A program made the translations under genes and the position numbers. Below the pieces are notes generated by a model that saw only the letters and a list, made by a program, of their open reading frames with translations, made no database searches and was not told the DNA's origin. A stretch of 64,000 nt of DNA from Lytechinus pictus (taxonomy: Eukaryota), in the NCBI RefSeq assembly GCF_037042905.1, contig NC_087251.1, forward strand, positions 20,090,001 through 20,154,000, written 5' to 3'. Shown here in pieces: positions 30,401 to 40,471 of the stretch. Position 1 is the first letter of the stretch. Each line of letters starts with the position of its first letter.

Positions 30401-33400
30401 ATGGGATCCCATGTTCTCTAAATGTACACGTTTCTCTTTCAGGAATTGCAGGGCCTTGTCTACGTTCTCTAAGCAGTGAATGCGCATCTTGCCTTTGGTA
30501 GGTTTGGGCTGTAATAAAACAACAAGATTAATGAATTTAGTATGACATACTGTATTATCATGAGGCCTACTGTATGCTGGTTGTATAAACACTGTACGCA
30601 ATGTTCAATAGCATCTTACATTTTCAGGCATGCTATGCAGAGGATTGAATGGACGTCAGCAACATCACAAATTTATAAACAATCTATCGGAGCCTGTTTT
30701 AAATTATTTCAAAGAAATATTATATGGAGCAAAATCATTCTCTCCTGAAAAAAAATACATATACAGCATAAATCATGCATATCAGAGAAGTGCAGATACA
30801 TGTAGGATGAAAGGTAAGTTATCAATATCACAGATTAATGAACTATCAATGGCTACAAGCCTACATGTTTAAAATTGTCCTGAAGCCCTACATGTAATTT
30901 AATTTTTATAAACATTCTGGAATGAACTCTTGCCCCCTTGAAACAAATATAAAATCCCATATCTTCCCAATGCAATGCAGTTTTAACAACTGAGCTGATT
31001 TTTTTTTTTTTCTTGATCACTCATCTTCTCTGCATCATACAGTACTTGTAGATATTGGTATCAGGCCGATGCAAGAGGAAAAACATCTGGTATTGGAGCA
31101 GCGAAATTTTCTTTATTTTCATAGATTTACGTATGAAATAACCAATTATTGTTCATATTTTCGCTAACTTCCGAGGCATTGTACAGGTACAGCTTAAACA
31201 TTTCGCAATCAGTGAAAAAAGAGACACTCTATTCAACGAGGCGTTATAGAGGCCATAGAGCATCTTTCTTTCACATTATGCGATCTCTTGCACCATCGCT
31301 CCCATGCCTATTCGCCATTTGTATAATGCTGATCAACGCATTATTGAATGAAATTCAGTGGACCAGCTAAAGGCCTGGTCCCACAAATGTTTTATGCATA
31401 TTAGGCCCTACAGTATGTAGCATGATCTGGGGCCATAGATTTGCAATCTATGCAACCTACAAATGTAAAGGTTCATACATGTACATATATTTGGGACTTG
31501 TGTGCAATCTTTCTTTAGTTGCAATAGAATGCAACTTTTTTTTTAAATGGGCCAATGGTCAACAATGTGATGTCTCATGAACCAAACACAACGCCACACA
31601 GGCCCCTACATGTACAACATACCTACACATAGAAAATAATTTGTGTTTAACAATAACAGTAACTCTTTATTCTTCATTATGCACCCCAGCCTGCACATAC
31701 ATGTACATGTATGTACTGTGCATGTACAGTATGTGCAATTAAATTCTAACAAATGATAAAGAGCAAATACCAGGTATGAAATAATTCACATTTACATTTG
31801 TACCTGAAAACTTCAGGAGAATGGCCTTGCTACTGTTTGTTTTAAAAGGCATGTATTTTACATATCACATCGTCACCAATGTGTTCCATACAGTATGTTG
31901 ATTACACACTGTACATGTATGTAGTAAATTAAATTTACATGTATAATGTACAGCGTACATGTATGCCTACATCATACATGTACATGTACACCCTTGGGCC
32001 CGTATTCTGAACTCGAGTTTAACTTATACCCTTTTTACACACGCTAAAATTTCCTTAACCCCGTACTATAGGTGGGGCTAAATGGCAATTTAGCCCCACC
32101 TATAGTACGGGGTTAAGCTTAGCCCACTTTCTTTTTACACAGCATTTTTGCAAAGTGGGCTAACCCCACCTTTAGTACGGGATTATTTGGCCCTGCAAAA
32201 AAGCAGGGTTATCCCAGCAATTGCGGTGCTAAGAGCGATAGTACGGGGTTAAGATCGCTAGTGTAAAACGAAAGTGGGCTAAGCTTAACCCCGTACTATA
32301 GGTGGGGCTAAATGGCAATTTGGCCCCATCTATAGTACGGGGTTAAGGAAATTGTAGCGTGTGTAAAAAGGTACGAGTGAAGTACTTGTACTACGAATGA
32401 TCGACAAAAACCACTAGTCCGGGGTTAGCGAGTTTCGTGTGTGAAAAGCAAGGATTCCTTATCCGGGGTTAGCGATAACAATTTGGCATGTGTGAAAAAG
32501 AAAAAAAATAGTACGGGGTTAAGGATAGTACGGGGTTAGCGATAGTCCGGGGCCAAGAAAATCCTGTGTAAAAAGGGTATTAGAGTCACTGTGGACTAAC
32601 TCTGTGCTAAATTATGGGAAGCCAAAACATGTAAAAATTTGTTCACATGTTACATGTACATGTATGTTTCTAATGTTACTGTGCTCTTTCCTAATTAATG
32701 GTGATGACAATTATCTTATTTATCCTTTCCAGACAGTTAAGTCTGATACATGTATGAGAGTCAAATGAACTGATACCATGGACCTCTACTGTTACAGATT
32801 TATGTCACAATCTGCTATCCATACATGTACATATAGTTAAACTGCACTTTGAGACTATAGAGTTTAGAATTAAACCCAACTTCAGAATACAGGCCTTGGG
32901 CTATACTGTAAAAATACAAATTTATCCAACAATCAATGAGTGCACTCAGCTCAGAGCAGACTCTCCAAGGGTGAGACCTAACACCCTGCATGCATAATAC
33001 CAGTCCCCCACAGTCAATAGAAGATTGAAGGTTATCAACTATACCCTGGGAAAGGAAAGACTTTGAGGTTTGAAACAGATGAATGCTCACATACAATCAT
33101 CTCTATTTGTTCTTTTCCCATTCAATACACATCCCTGAATTTTTTTTTAATGGTGGAGTTTGACATAATGTGATCACATGTTGAATTATGAATACTGTAG
33201 TAGACATCTGCGCACACTATTCTCTTGCCACGTTTCAGTGCATGTTGATGACTCATACAATAGCAAACAGTGAAGATGCTTGCATGGGTCACACTCTACT
33301 GGATTCTTAGCAAGACATGTATGCCAGTGAGTACGTGGGTGGTGGCTGGCCAGTGTGATCATACTCCAAATCGTCAATTTGACTGAATTCATGCCATGAT

Positions 33401-36400
33401 TTCTACATACCAGTACATTATATTAATTACCATTCAGACATTTTTTCATTTGACCTTTCACGTCTCTTTGACATAACACAATAAAAATTAAAAGTAATTT
33501 ACTGACACACAATGTACTAGGCCTACAACACACTGTTCATACATGGGCACTGTACAAATACTGTAAGCCCATGTTAAAGGTGAAAACATTATTAAGGGGA
33601 AGCCCAAGGCACTCCAACAAAAAGTTGATGAATACAAAAAGCATGTTAAAAAAAAATTCAAATTGGATGTATGTGTACTGTACATGTTAAATAAGAAAGT
33701 TATGACATTCTAAAATTTCAATAATTTTCTTAAGACAGCTGATGATGTCACTCACTATTTTTTGTATTGAAATTAATAAAGTACATTATTTCAATTTTGC
33801 AAATTTGACAATAATGATTCTTCATCAAGTGTTCAACAATGGTAATTCTAAATGGTGGTGGTGATTTTTTTTACCTGATTGCTATTACTGTAAAAGAAAG
33901 CATGAATGCTTGTACATGTAAGCAAGCAGCCAGACGCCTAACGGCTTTAATAGGATTCTCTACGATGGACCTGGTAATGAGGATACAAAACTGTAAATGC
34001 CTTTAAAGGTCAAGTCCACCCCAACAAAAAGTCAATTTGAATAAAAAGAGAAAAATCCAACAAGCATAACACTGAAAAATTTATCAAAATCGGATGTAAA
34101 ATAAGAAAGTTATGACATTTTATACATGTAGTTTCGCTTAATTTCACAAAACAGTTATATGCACATTCTGTTTGGTATGCAAATGAGGAGACTATGATGT
34201 CATCCACTCACTATTTCTTTTGTATTTTATTATAGGTAAATGAAATATTCTAATTTTCTCCTCATTGTCAAGTAATACAACGATTAATTCCTCCCTGAAC
34301 ATGTAGAATTAGCATTGTTTAATAATATATGGTTCAGTCAAGTTGGTCTTTATTGTCAAATCTATAAAAAATGAAATATTGTATAATTCAAAGTTTCAAA
34401 CAATAAAAAACAAAAGAAATAGTGAGTGATGGACATCATCGACTGACTCACTTAGTTGTGCATATCACTGTTTTTTGAAAAATAAGCGAAACTTTAAAAT
34501 GTCATAACTTTCTTATATTACATCCAATTTTGATGAAATTTTCAGCATTATGCTACATGTAGTTTGATTTTTCTCTATTTATTCAAGTCTGCATTTTCCT
34601 GGGGTGGACTTGACCTTTAATACCAAAGGACACTAGCGTAACAAGTGGGAAGCGAATCCGAAACCCCGCTCTACCAACTGAGTTTTCCCCGCCTCCGATG
34701 GTGAATTTTTTATCATATGAAAAAATACAAAAGTAACCAACCAACCAAAGTAACCAAAGTGAGTGGATGAAATCAGCGGCTCACTAATGAATATCAACCA
34801 TGTCTTGCGAAATTAATGTTAGAACTTTCCTATTTTAGAACGTTCTTATTTCACATCATATCAATTTTCTTGTTTTTATTCAAATCAAGGTTGACTTCAC
34901 TAACAAAATATGGATTGATTGAGGGCAACTTGAACAATTTTTTGTATGCAAATAAATAAAGTTCATGTAGCAAACACCCCTCCCTTTGTTTCTTCTCAAA
35001 ACTCAAATACAATTTGTACAAATTTGGCGCGTCAATATAACATGTGACTGACCGTTCAAAGTCCTCAACTGATTTTGTTGCATTGTGAAAAATCCATGCA
35101 AACTCAAATAGCTCAACTTCTTCCGGCAACATTTTATACACATCAGTACTCTATAGTACAAAGACATAATTTTCAAAAGGTATCACAATCGCAGTTATTA
35201 CTGTTACTTTATAACTGTGTTAGTGATGCCCATTTGCATGAATTAAAAGTCACTTTTATCAATCTACTGTAGATGTAATTCTAAAAAAAAACAATTCTTT
35301 CTTTTGCATTGTGTGTGTGTGTTTGGGGTTATTACATTGTAATTTGATTTGAAAAAAAAATTGTTCTCATTTTCACAAACAGTCCCAAGAGGTGTTAAAG
35401 GAGAATGAAACCCTTGAAACCAGCTGAATCCATATCAAAGAGAAAATCAAAGAAACATATTGTTGAAAGTTTGAGGAAGATTGAATGAATAATAAGAAAG
35501 TTATGAGCATTTGAATATTGAGATCACTAATGCCATGTAGTTCCTCCTATTGGCAATGCGACCAAGATCTGTGATGTCACACACGTACAACTACATGTAC
35601 CTCATTACTTTAGTAATATTCTCACTTTTGTAGAGTCTATCACAAGGTGAGGTGTTCTCTTTATGAGAGGACAAGTACAGAGGTTTCACAACATTATATC
35701 ATTGATGAATCGTTTGACATATGATTAGAATGAGCAAAAAGAGATGTTTTGGGGTATATTTTCAGTGTCCAAAAGGGGAGAGTTGTTCATCTGTAACATC
35801 ATAGATCTTGGTCGCATTGCCAATAGGAGGATCTCCATAGCATTAGTGATCTCGACATTCAAATGCTCATAACTCTTCTATTGCTAGTCCTATTTTACTC
35901 AAACTTTTGTTGATCTTATTCTTTGATTTTTCTGCTTTCACAAAAGCTAACTTGCTCCAAGAGTTTCATTCTCCTTTAAGCAGTTTCAAATACATGCAAC
36001 TTGTGCTATTTTGGAGAGTGAAGTTAAATTTTGATACCATGATACATTGTAACTTCAGTGCTGCCAACAAGGGGCTATAAATGTCACTTTCTGGTAATTA
36101 AAAAAAACTTGTTAAATTTGAGCATTGATTTGACTTATCAAAAATAATCTGTACATCCCATTTGCTTAATACCTGCAACTTGTACATAAAGAGTACTTAA
36201 ACCTGTGTCTGTGGTTCTAAAAATGAAAAGTGAGAAGTCAAGTGACCACAAACACTATCCAAATTTTATTCCATGTATAATTGTATACCATAGAGTCTCC
36301 AGCAGAGAAATTTGAAGAAAAAAAATTCATAGAAAAAAAAGTTATAGATACATGTATTTTGAAAGTGTCTCCAAGAATTGGACTTTTATTTTCCTCCTTT

Positions 36401-39400
36401 TTTAATTTCAATCCACACTTCAATTTTTTTTTTAAACAAGACCATTGTAATGTTAACCATTTTTAAAGCACCATTTGGACATTGTACTGATACAGTTACT
36501 GTGGCATCAATGAAACATTAAAAATAAATGTGTAGTACTATAGTGCATCTTCATCCTAGATCTACAATGTGGACATTAAATTTATTTTTTTTGCAAGATT
36601 TTTATATTAGGCCATTACATGAGACTACATAATTCCTACATGTACATGTAGACCTATATCTATATTGTACAACGCCTAATACGGTACATGTAGCTTGTTG
36701 TACACAGGTAAATGGGAGGCTGAATGTCAAACATTCGTACCGTTGCACACACGACGTACAATCCAAAATGTAGTTGCATGGCTTTAGGACATGATGTCAC
36801 AATACGATTCAATTCATTAATTCTCAGTTAAAAATGAAGGCGAAATACGTGTATAGCCTGCTGGCTAAATGCTGCCCGAGGTCATATTATTTCATCTTAT
36901 TTTTTCATATTTTTGCCAAACTCCGAGGCGTTGTACAACACAAATAGCGATTATTCTAGTTCGGGCAACGGTGTGAGATTTCGCATTCGGTGAAAGAAAG
37001 AGACACTCTATTTATATACAGCATCTTTCTTTCACCTCATCCAAAATCTCACACCATCGCACTCATGCCTTTTCGCTATTTACTGTATAACTGGTGACCT
37101 AACATTTTGCAATCATTATTATCTGTAGCATCATTACAATACTGTACTAATAATCATTCAATTTCACATCTTCTATTACAAACATAGACCAGATGTACCG
37201 TAGTCCTACATGTATACTGCAAAGCTCATTAATTCTATTGAGTGTTTCCAAGGCCAGGGGAGAGAGTTTTTCGTACACTTTAGATGATTTTTTTTTAAAT
37301 GTCTACAGCTGTATAGGACCTACATGTACAGCAGCCATTAACAAGACAAGTAAAAGGAACATGTAAGCCTACATGACATTGACAAATAATGTAAACATTT
37401 GTACTGTACATGTAGGCATACTTCACAATAAGGTAATTCTGTACATACGTACACAATACTTTAATAGTGGTGGTCGAGAGAAACCATCACTTGGGACTTA
37501 CATTTCTCGATAAACCAATAAATTTGAAATGAAAAATTGGCCCAATAGTGGACGTACATGTATACTACATAGTGTACTGTACACTACAGTACATGTACAT
37601 CATCAGCCTCTGATAGAAAACCTTTCTATCTCAGCAGCATACCATGTTACTGCAGTATGCCTGGATAACAGACACACCCTTTTGCAGCTAGAGTATTCAT
37701 TGAGCAACACATAATAAGTCACTGTGTGTATATGCGCAGATGTATGGAATAGGATTCCCTACTCCATCTATACATCCCTAGTACATGTACAGTACATCGA
37801 TGAGAATGAGATGGGAAAAACTAGACTTGATGCAGTGCCATAGAAGTTTACAATGTGTATAATATCTTCATAAAAAATTATTGTTTAGAAACACAATGCA
37901 TGCAGGCATAATAATCTGAATAAGTTTATTTTACTTCACTTTCGATATCCAATCCAGTTTATAGATCATATTTCCATTCAAAGTACCGTTAAGTTCTGTG
38001 TAGGCCTACATGTATACGGCGCACTTACATGTATTTTTACATCAGGAAATGTAAAAAGTTGAGGTGCGCCATATACACGGGTACAACGGAATCGCGGCAG
38101 CAGTCCCGACATGAATGCATACATATATAGTACATGTATGGGGCGGTAGACAGAGGATAGGTGCACGGGATGTTGCACAGTTTTATAAATGTCAAAATAC
38201 ACATAAAAAATTTTCATACATGCAATATTCATGATGAATACTTATCACTTTGAAAAAAGCAAAAACATGCATGATCTTTATTCCACTAGCACTGCACAAG
38301 GCACTGTGATCTACCACTACACTGATTCGGCAGCAGGCTTTTCCCACTCGCAACGCATTAACAAGGTTGTACAAGGTACGGTCACATGATTTTTGCAAAT
38401 GGTAGTGGCATATATACGTGCGGGTTTCTACTACACCACCAGCATATTTGGAGTTAGCAGCGTTTTTTTCTTTTTTCTCTGTTGTCCAATTAATTACCGC
38501 TTATTTAGTGTTGAAAAGCGAGGGGAAAAAATGTGGCGCAAGTAAGGAATGTGTCAATTCGGATGGGTAATTTTCATGTCCTTATAAACGGGTGCACCGT
38601 ATACACAAAACTTTACAGGACTCAATCCATTGAATGCAGGCCCTACATTTATGTAATGGAGTCCTAAAGCTACATGTATGCATAAAACTCATTGCGCATT
38701 AATTTTAATAGCAAAATGCAGGCCCTATGGGACTGTTACCGTATATATACAAACAAGCTGCAATAAATTTCAAAATTAAGAGAAAAGCTGCATAATTTGC
38801 AGTATTGTAATTTTATTCTCATTAATAGTTTATTTTCATTAATAACATGAATAGGCACTATACGTGTACCTTAGAAATACGGACACAAATATGCATAATT
38901 ATTTTCTTTGCCTGAAAAATTGAGTACATGTACATAGCATTAGGATTCCTTTCAAACCCGGGTGTGAAATCAAGATTTGTTCAAAGATGGCAAGATTTTT
39001 GGTCATGTTGTTTAGTGAGTTTTATGCTACCCACTTCTTGAGTCATTATCTTTAAAATATTTACCACCAATTAAATACACAGCCTGCCCAAATATTTGAA
39101 TTGCCATAGTAGGACCAACTTTGTATTCAATTTGGGCAGACAACATTCAACACAAACTGGCAGAAATATGTCATATTTTCACGCTCCCAACAACAGATTT
39201 CAAGTGCAACGAGGCACTAATTGTTGCATTTTATATATGTTTTGAAGACAGGCCTATAGGATTTTAATAGGGCTGGGTAAAAATGATTAACTGCCAGTCA
39301 AATGATTGTCAAAAGCATGTACCGTATTTCAATTCTGGCAAGTGTTCAACAGTATGGAAGAAAACAGAAAAAGAAAAGTATCAGTGAAAATTCACAAAAG

Positions 39401-40471
39401 TCCAGAAGTCAATCTTTCAGAGTCGAGAAAGAAGTGAATATTTTGTTTTCTTCATAGACAACCAGATGAAATTCTTTCAAGAAAATATGGACAATAAAAG
39501 AGTATCTCATCATGGGTCATCATGCAAAGTGAAATGTAAATATTTTTATAAGCTTTTCAATTTTTTTTTGTCACTTCTATTTTTCTTGGAGCAGTGCAGC
39601 CGCATTCTACAGATTTCAAGGGCCAGATATATTATTTTGTTTTGGTCAGACTTTCACCATTTTGCATATAAATGTATTAAAAGAAGAAACAATAAGAAGA
39701 AACATACTAAAAATACACAAACATGAAGGCAATATAATTTCTTAATCCCCCCAAAAAACAGGAAAAAAATGAGCTGAAATAAATCAAATAAAACAACTTA
39801 CCAGTTTGTCCCCTGATAAAACTTCTAGTAGTTTGATTAGCATACGTCCATCATATAAATCCGTATATAGATCCACAATGCGACAGCCAACTCTTTGTAA
39901 ATGTGAGTTTACCCATTTTGTGAATGTTTTCTTTTGCACCATTTCACGCTCATCTGGAAAAATTAAAAAAAATTATCATCAATCCTAATAATTAAGAGAA
40001 ACCTTTACGGTAATACAAAAGCATGAATAATTGCTCTTTCATTCCATAGTCCATACCGGGAGTCCATATAAAAACAATATAACTTTATTAAAAGTAAATG
40101 AATTAGTGAACAATTATGTAACTGTCCATGTGCACCTTCAATGCAAAAAAAAAAAAATTACACTTAGCACAAGAGAATCTAATGATTTTATCTTAATATT
40201 GAATGAGCTGGATAACAGACTGTTGAAGAATACAATTCTATTTCATACAAAGGGATTAGTGAGATATGTGATCCCCCTGTAAAAACATACATGTACATGC
40301 CCAACTATTCCTGTACTTCTAAACTCTGGACAAATGTTGTTTCGATTTCTTACCTGCCAGCGCTCTGATTCGAGAACGCTCAAACAGCTTGGCTCCTCCA
40401 TCATCCAAGCTGCTTTCCACGTCTTCATTGTTATCCCACTTGACACCATTGTTTTCCATTTCTACCGACAT
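308..40471 (-). CDS. SPTBN1: Beta-spectrin (conventional, SPTBN1/beta-Spec-like), 29 coding exons in window, 3'-truncated by window edge
   Basis: Manual splicing gives 5553 nt / 1851 aa with all GT-AG introns and matching phases. It contains the beta-spectrin N-terminus ([29 protein letters not shown]), CH1/CH2, [48 protein letters not shown] and the ankyrin-binding repeat 14-15 region ([14 protein letters not shown]). The symbol denotes the family; an invertebrate gene is co-orthologous to several vertebrate beta-spectrins. Confidence 0.97.
730..798 (-). CDS. SPTBN1: Beta-spectrin exon 28
   Basis: [23 protein letters not shown]. Confidence 0.94.
1229..1423 (-). CDS. SPTBN1: Beta-spectrin exon 27 (ankyrin-binding repeat 14 region)
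   Basis: [13 protein letters not shown]...[31 protein letters not shown]. Confidence 0.96.
1854..2058 (-). CDS. SPTBN1: Beta-spectrin exon 26
   Basis: [28 protein letters not shown]...[24 protein letters not shown]. Confidence 0.96.
2545..2753 (-). CDS. SPTBN1: Beta-spectrin exon 25
   Basis: [31 protein letters not shown]...EGHPQ. Confidence 0.96.
3366..3656 (-). CDS. SPTBN1: Beta-spectrin exon 24
   Basis: [32 protein letters not shown]...DSNKAQQ. Confidence 0.95.
4376..4597 (-). CDS. SPTBN1: Beta-spectrin exon 23
   Basis: [17 protein letters not shown]...[33 protein letters not shown]. Confidence 0.94.
5005..5268 (-). CDS. SPTBN1: Beta-spectrin exon 22
   Basis: [19 protein letters not shown]...[13 protein letters not shown]. 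Confidence 0.95.
5800..6037 (-). CDS. SPTBN1: Beta-spectrin exon 21
   Basis: [26 protein letters not shown]...[30 protein letters not shown]. Confidence 0.95.
6531..6703 (-). CDS. SPTBN1: Beta-spectrin exon 20
   Basis: [28 protein letters not shown]...KAENIDER. Confidence 0.94.
7190..7357 (-). CDS. SPTBN1: Beta-spectrin exon 19
   Basis: [56 protein letters not shown]. Confidence 0.95.
7888..8163 (-). CDS. SPTBN1: Beta-spectrin exon 18
   Basis: [31 protein letters not shown]...[12 protein letters not shown]. Confidence 0.96.
8638..8754 (-). CDS. SPTBN1: Beta-spectrin exon 17
   Basis: [39 protein letters not shown]. Confidence 0.94.
9007..9232 (-). CDS. SPTBN1: Beta-spectrin exon 16
   Basis: [13 protein letters not shown]...[15 protein letters not shown]...[18 protein letters not shown]. 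Confidence 0.95.
9647..9849 (-). CDS. SPTBN1: Beta-spectrin exon 15
   Basis: [29 protein letters not shown]...[17 protein letters not shown]. Confidence 0.94.
10097..10261 (-). CDS. SPTBN1: Beta-spectrin exon 14
   Basis: [55 protein letters not shown]. Confidence 0.95.
10583..11168. mobile_element. Non-autonomous Kolobok-like DNA transposon (long-TIR MITE)
   Basis: TTAA on both flanks; termini AGGGAAGGTCCGGGCTGAAA / TTTCAGCCCGGACCATCCCT; inverted arms of ~200 bp; 5'-AG..CT-3' ends with TTAA TSD are typical of Kolobok. Confidence 0.85.
11263..11340 (-). CDS. SPTBN1: Beta-spectrin exon 13
   Basis: [26 protein letters not shown]; phase 0/0. Confidence 0.92.
13750..13866 (-). CDS. SPTBN1: Beta-spectrin exon 12
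   Basis: [39 protein letters not shown]. Confidence 0.95.
14217..14417 (-). CDS. SPTBN1: Beta-spectrin exon 11
   Basis: [37 protein letters not shown]...LLEAVDLYQ. Confidence 0.95.
14849..15093 (-). CDS. SPTBN1: Beta-spectrin exon 10
   Basis: [21 protein letters not shown]...[20 protein letters not shown]...LLNKQK. Confidence 0.95.
16233..16817. mobile_element. Kolobok-like MITE, family B copy 1
   Basis: TTAA flanks; AGGAGAATGAAAC...GTTTCATTCTCAT; internal inverted repeats; near-identical to 35399-35975. Confidence 0.87.
17222..17387 (-). CDS. SPTBN1: Beta-spectrin exon 9
   Basis: [29 protein letters not shown]...DPNGPDGS. Confidence 0.95.
18480..18680 (-). mobile_element. Decayed SINE copy
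   Basis: ccattcacctcacctgggt is the reverse complement of the central motif of the SINE at 17-262; the surrounding sequence also matches. Confidence 0.6.
18800..18938 (-). CDS. SPTBN1: Beta-spectrin exon 8
   Basis: [46 protein letters not shown]. Confidence 0.94.
19496..19818 (-). CDS. SPTBN1: Beta-spectrin exon 7
   Basis: [44 protein letters not shown]...HDIERINAR. Confidence 0.96.
20541..20658 (-). CDS. SPTBN1: Beta-spectrin exon 6
   Basis: [39 protein letters not shown]. Confidence 0.95.
22735..23112. mobile_element. Kolobok-like MITE with short imperfect TIRs
   Basis: TCAA/TTAA flanks; AGGTATTGTTTAAC versus GTTAACCAATCACT; internal palindrome taggcgtct-ta-tagacgccta. Confidence 0.6.
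23881..24181 (-). CDS. SPTBN1: Beta-spectrin exon 5 (end of CH2, repeat 1)
   Basis: [27 protein letters not shown]...YRTVEKPPK. Confidence 0.96.
24261..24636. mobile_element. hAT-like MITE
   Basis: TIR CAGGGTGCTACATAA / TTATGTAGCACCCTG; exact 8-bp TSD GATAAAAG on both sides; repeated internal ACTTGCCC/GGGCAAGT motifs. Confidence 0.92.
26097..26356 (+). mobile_element. Decayed tRNA-derived SINE
   Basis: tggtctagcgg A-box-like, gggttcaattcc B-box-like, aggtgttaaattggtaccaggaagg core, ATT-rich tail ending ~20 bp from the exon 4 donor. Confidence 0.7.
26375..26663 (-). CDS. SPTBN1: Beta-spectrin exon 4 (CH2)
   Basis: [61 protein letters not shown]...LLDPE. Confidence 0.96.
30335..30508 (-). 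CDS. SPTBN1: Beta-spectrin exon 3 (CH1 C-terminal part)
   Basis: [58 protein letters not shown]. Confidence 0.96.
31100..31330. repeat. Dispersed palindromic repeat, copy 1
   Basis: Shares ccgaggc.ttgtaca, gtgaaa.aaagagacactctatt and gcatctttctttcac...caccatcgc with 36890-37090. Confidence 0.65.
31997..32895. mobile_element. Host Harbinger-like MITE interrupted by 32027-32579
   Basis: TIR GGCCCGTATTCTGAA / TTCAGAATACAGGCC; TTG on both flanks. Confidence 0.75.
32027..32579. mobile_element. PIF/Harbinger-like MITE with an internal array of TAGTACGGGGTTA motifs (nested insertion)
   Basis: TIR TACCCTTTTTACAC / GTGTAAAAAGGGTA; TTA on both flanks. Confidence 0.85.
33592..33860. mobile_element. 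Decayed Kolobok-like MITE fragment
   Basis: Starts ttaagggg; carries aataagaaagttatgacatt and gatgatgtcactcactatt like the left arm of 34007-34616. Confidence 0.55.
33920..34690 (-). mobile_element. tRNA-derived SINE interrupted by a Kolobok-like MITE
   Basis: Minus strand reads CTCAGTTGGTAGAGC (A-box) ...GCTAGTGTCCTTTGGTA-TTAA, resuming AGGCATTTA... beyond the MITE. Confidence 0.55.
34007..34616. mobile_element. Kolobok-like long-TIR MITE
   Basis: TTAA flanks; perfect termini AGGTCAAGTCCACCCCA / TGGGGTGGACTTGACCT; long inverted arms. Confidence 0.88.
35399..35975. mobile_element. Kolobok-like MITE, family B copy 2
   Basis: TTAA flanks; AGGAGAATGAAAC...GTTTCATTCTCCT; same orientation as copy 1. 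Confidence 0.87.
36890..37090. repeat. Dispersed palindromic repeat, copy 2
   Basis: Similar to 31100-31330; gtgaaagaaag / ctttctttcac inverted pair. Confidence 0.65.
37986..38618. mobile_element. Tc1/pogo-like non-autonomous element
   Basis: TA|CCGTTAAGTTCTGTGTA..TACGGCGCAC left end versus GTGCACCGTATACACAAAACTTTACAG right end. Confidence 0.6.
39802..39953 (-). CDS. SPTBN1: Beta-spectrin exon 2 (CH1 N-terminal part)
   Basis: [51 protein letters not shown]; tccag acceptor, gtaagt donor. Confidence 0.95.
40354..40471 (-). CDS. SPTBN1: Beta-spectrin coding exon 1 (exon spans 40354-40497 including 26 nt of 5'UTR)
   Basis: [45 protein letters not shown] start with an in-frame TGA two codons upstream; acceptor ttatgcag, donor GCAG|gtaag. 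Confidence 0.9.

Noticed and set aside
1175..30479. Plus-strand ORFs overlapping spectrin exons
   Set aside because: They are antisense shadows of the coding exons.
32055..32555. Repeat-spacer appearance resembling a CRISPR array
   Set aside because: The motifs occur in both orientations with irregular spacing inside a TIR/TSD-bounded element; the context is eukaryotic and there are no cas genes.
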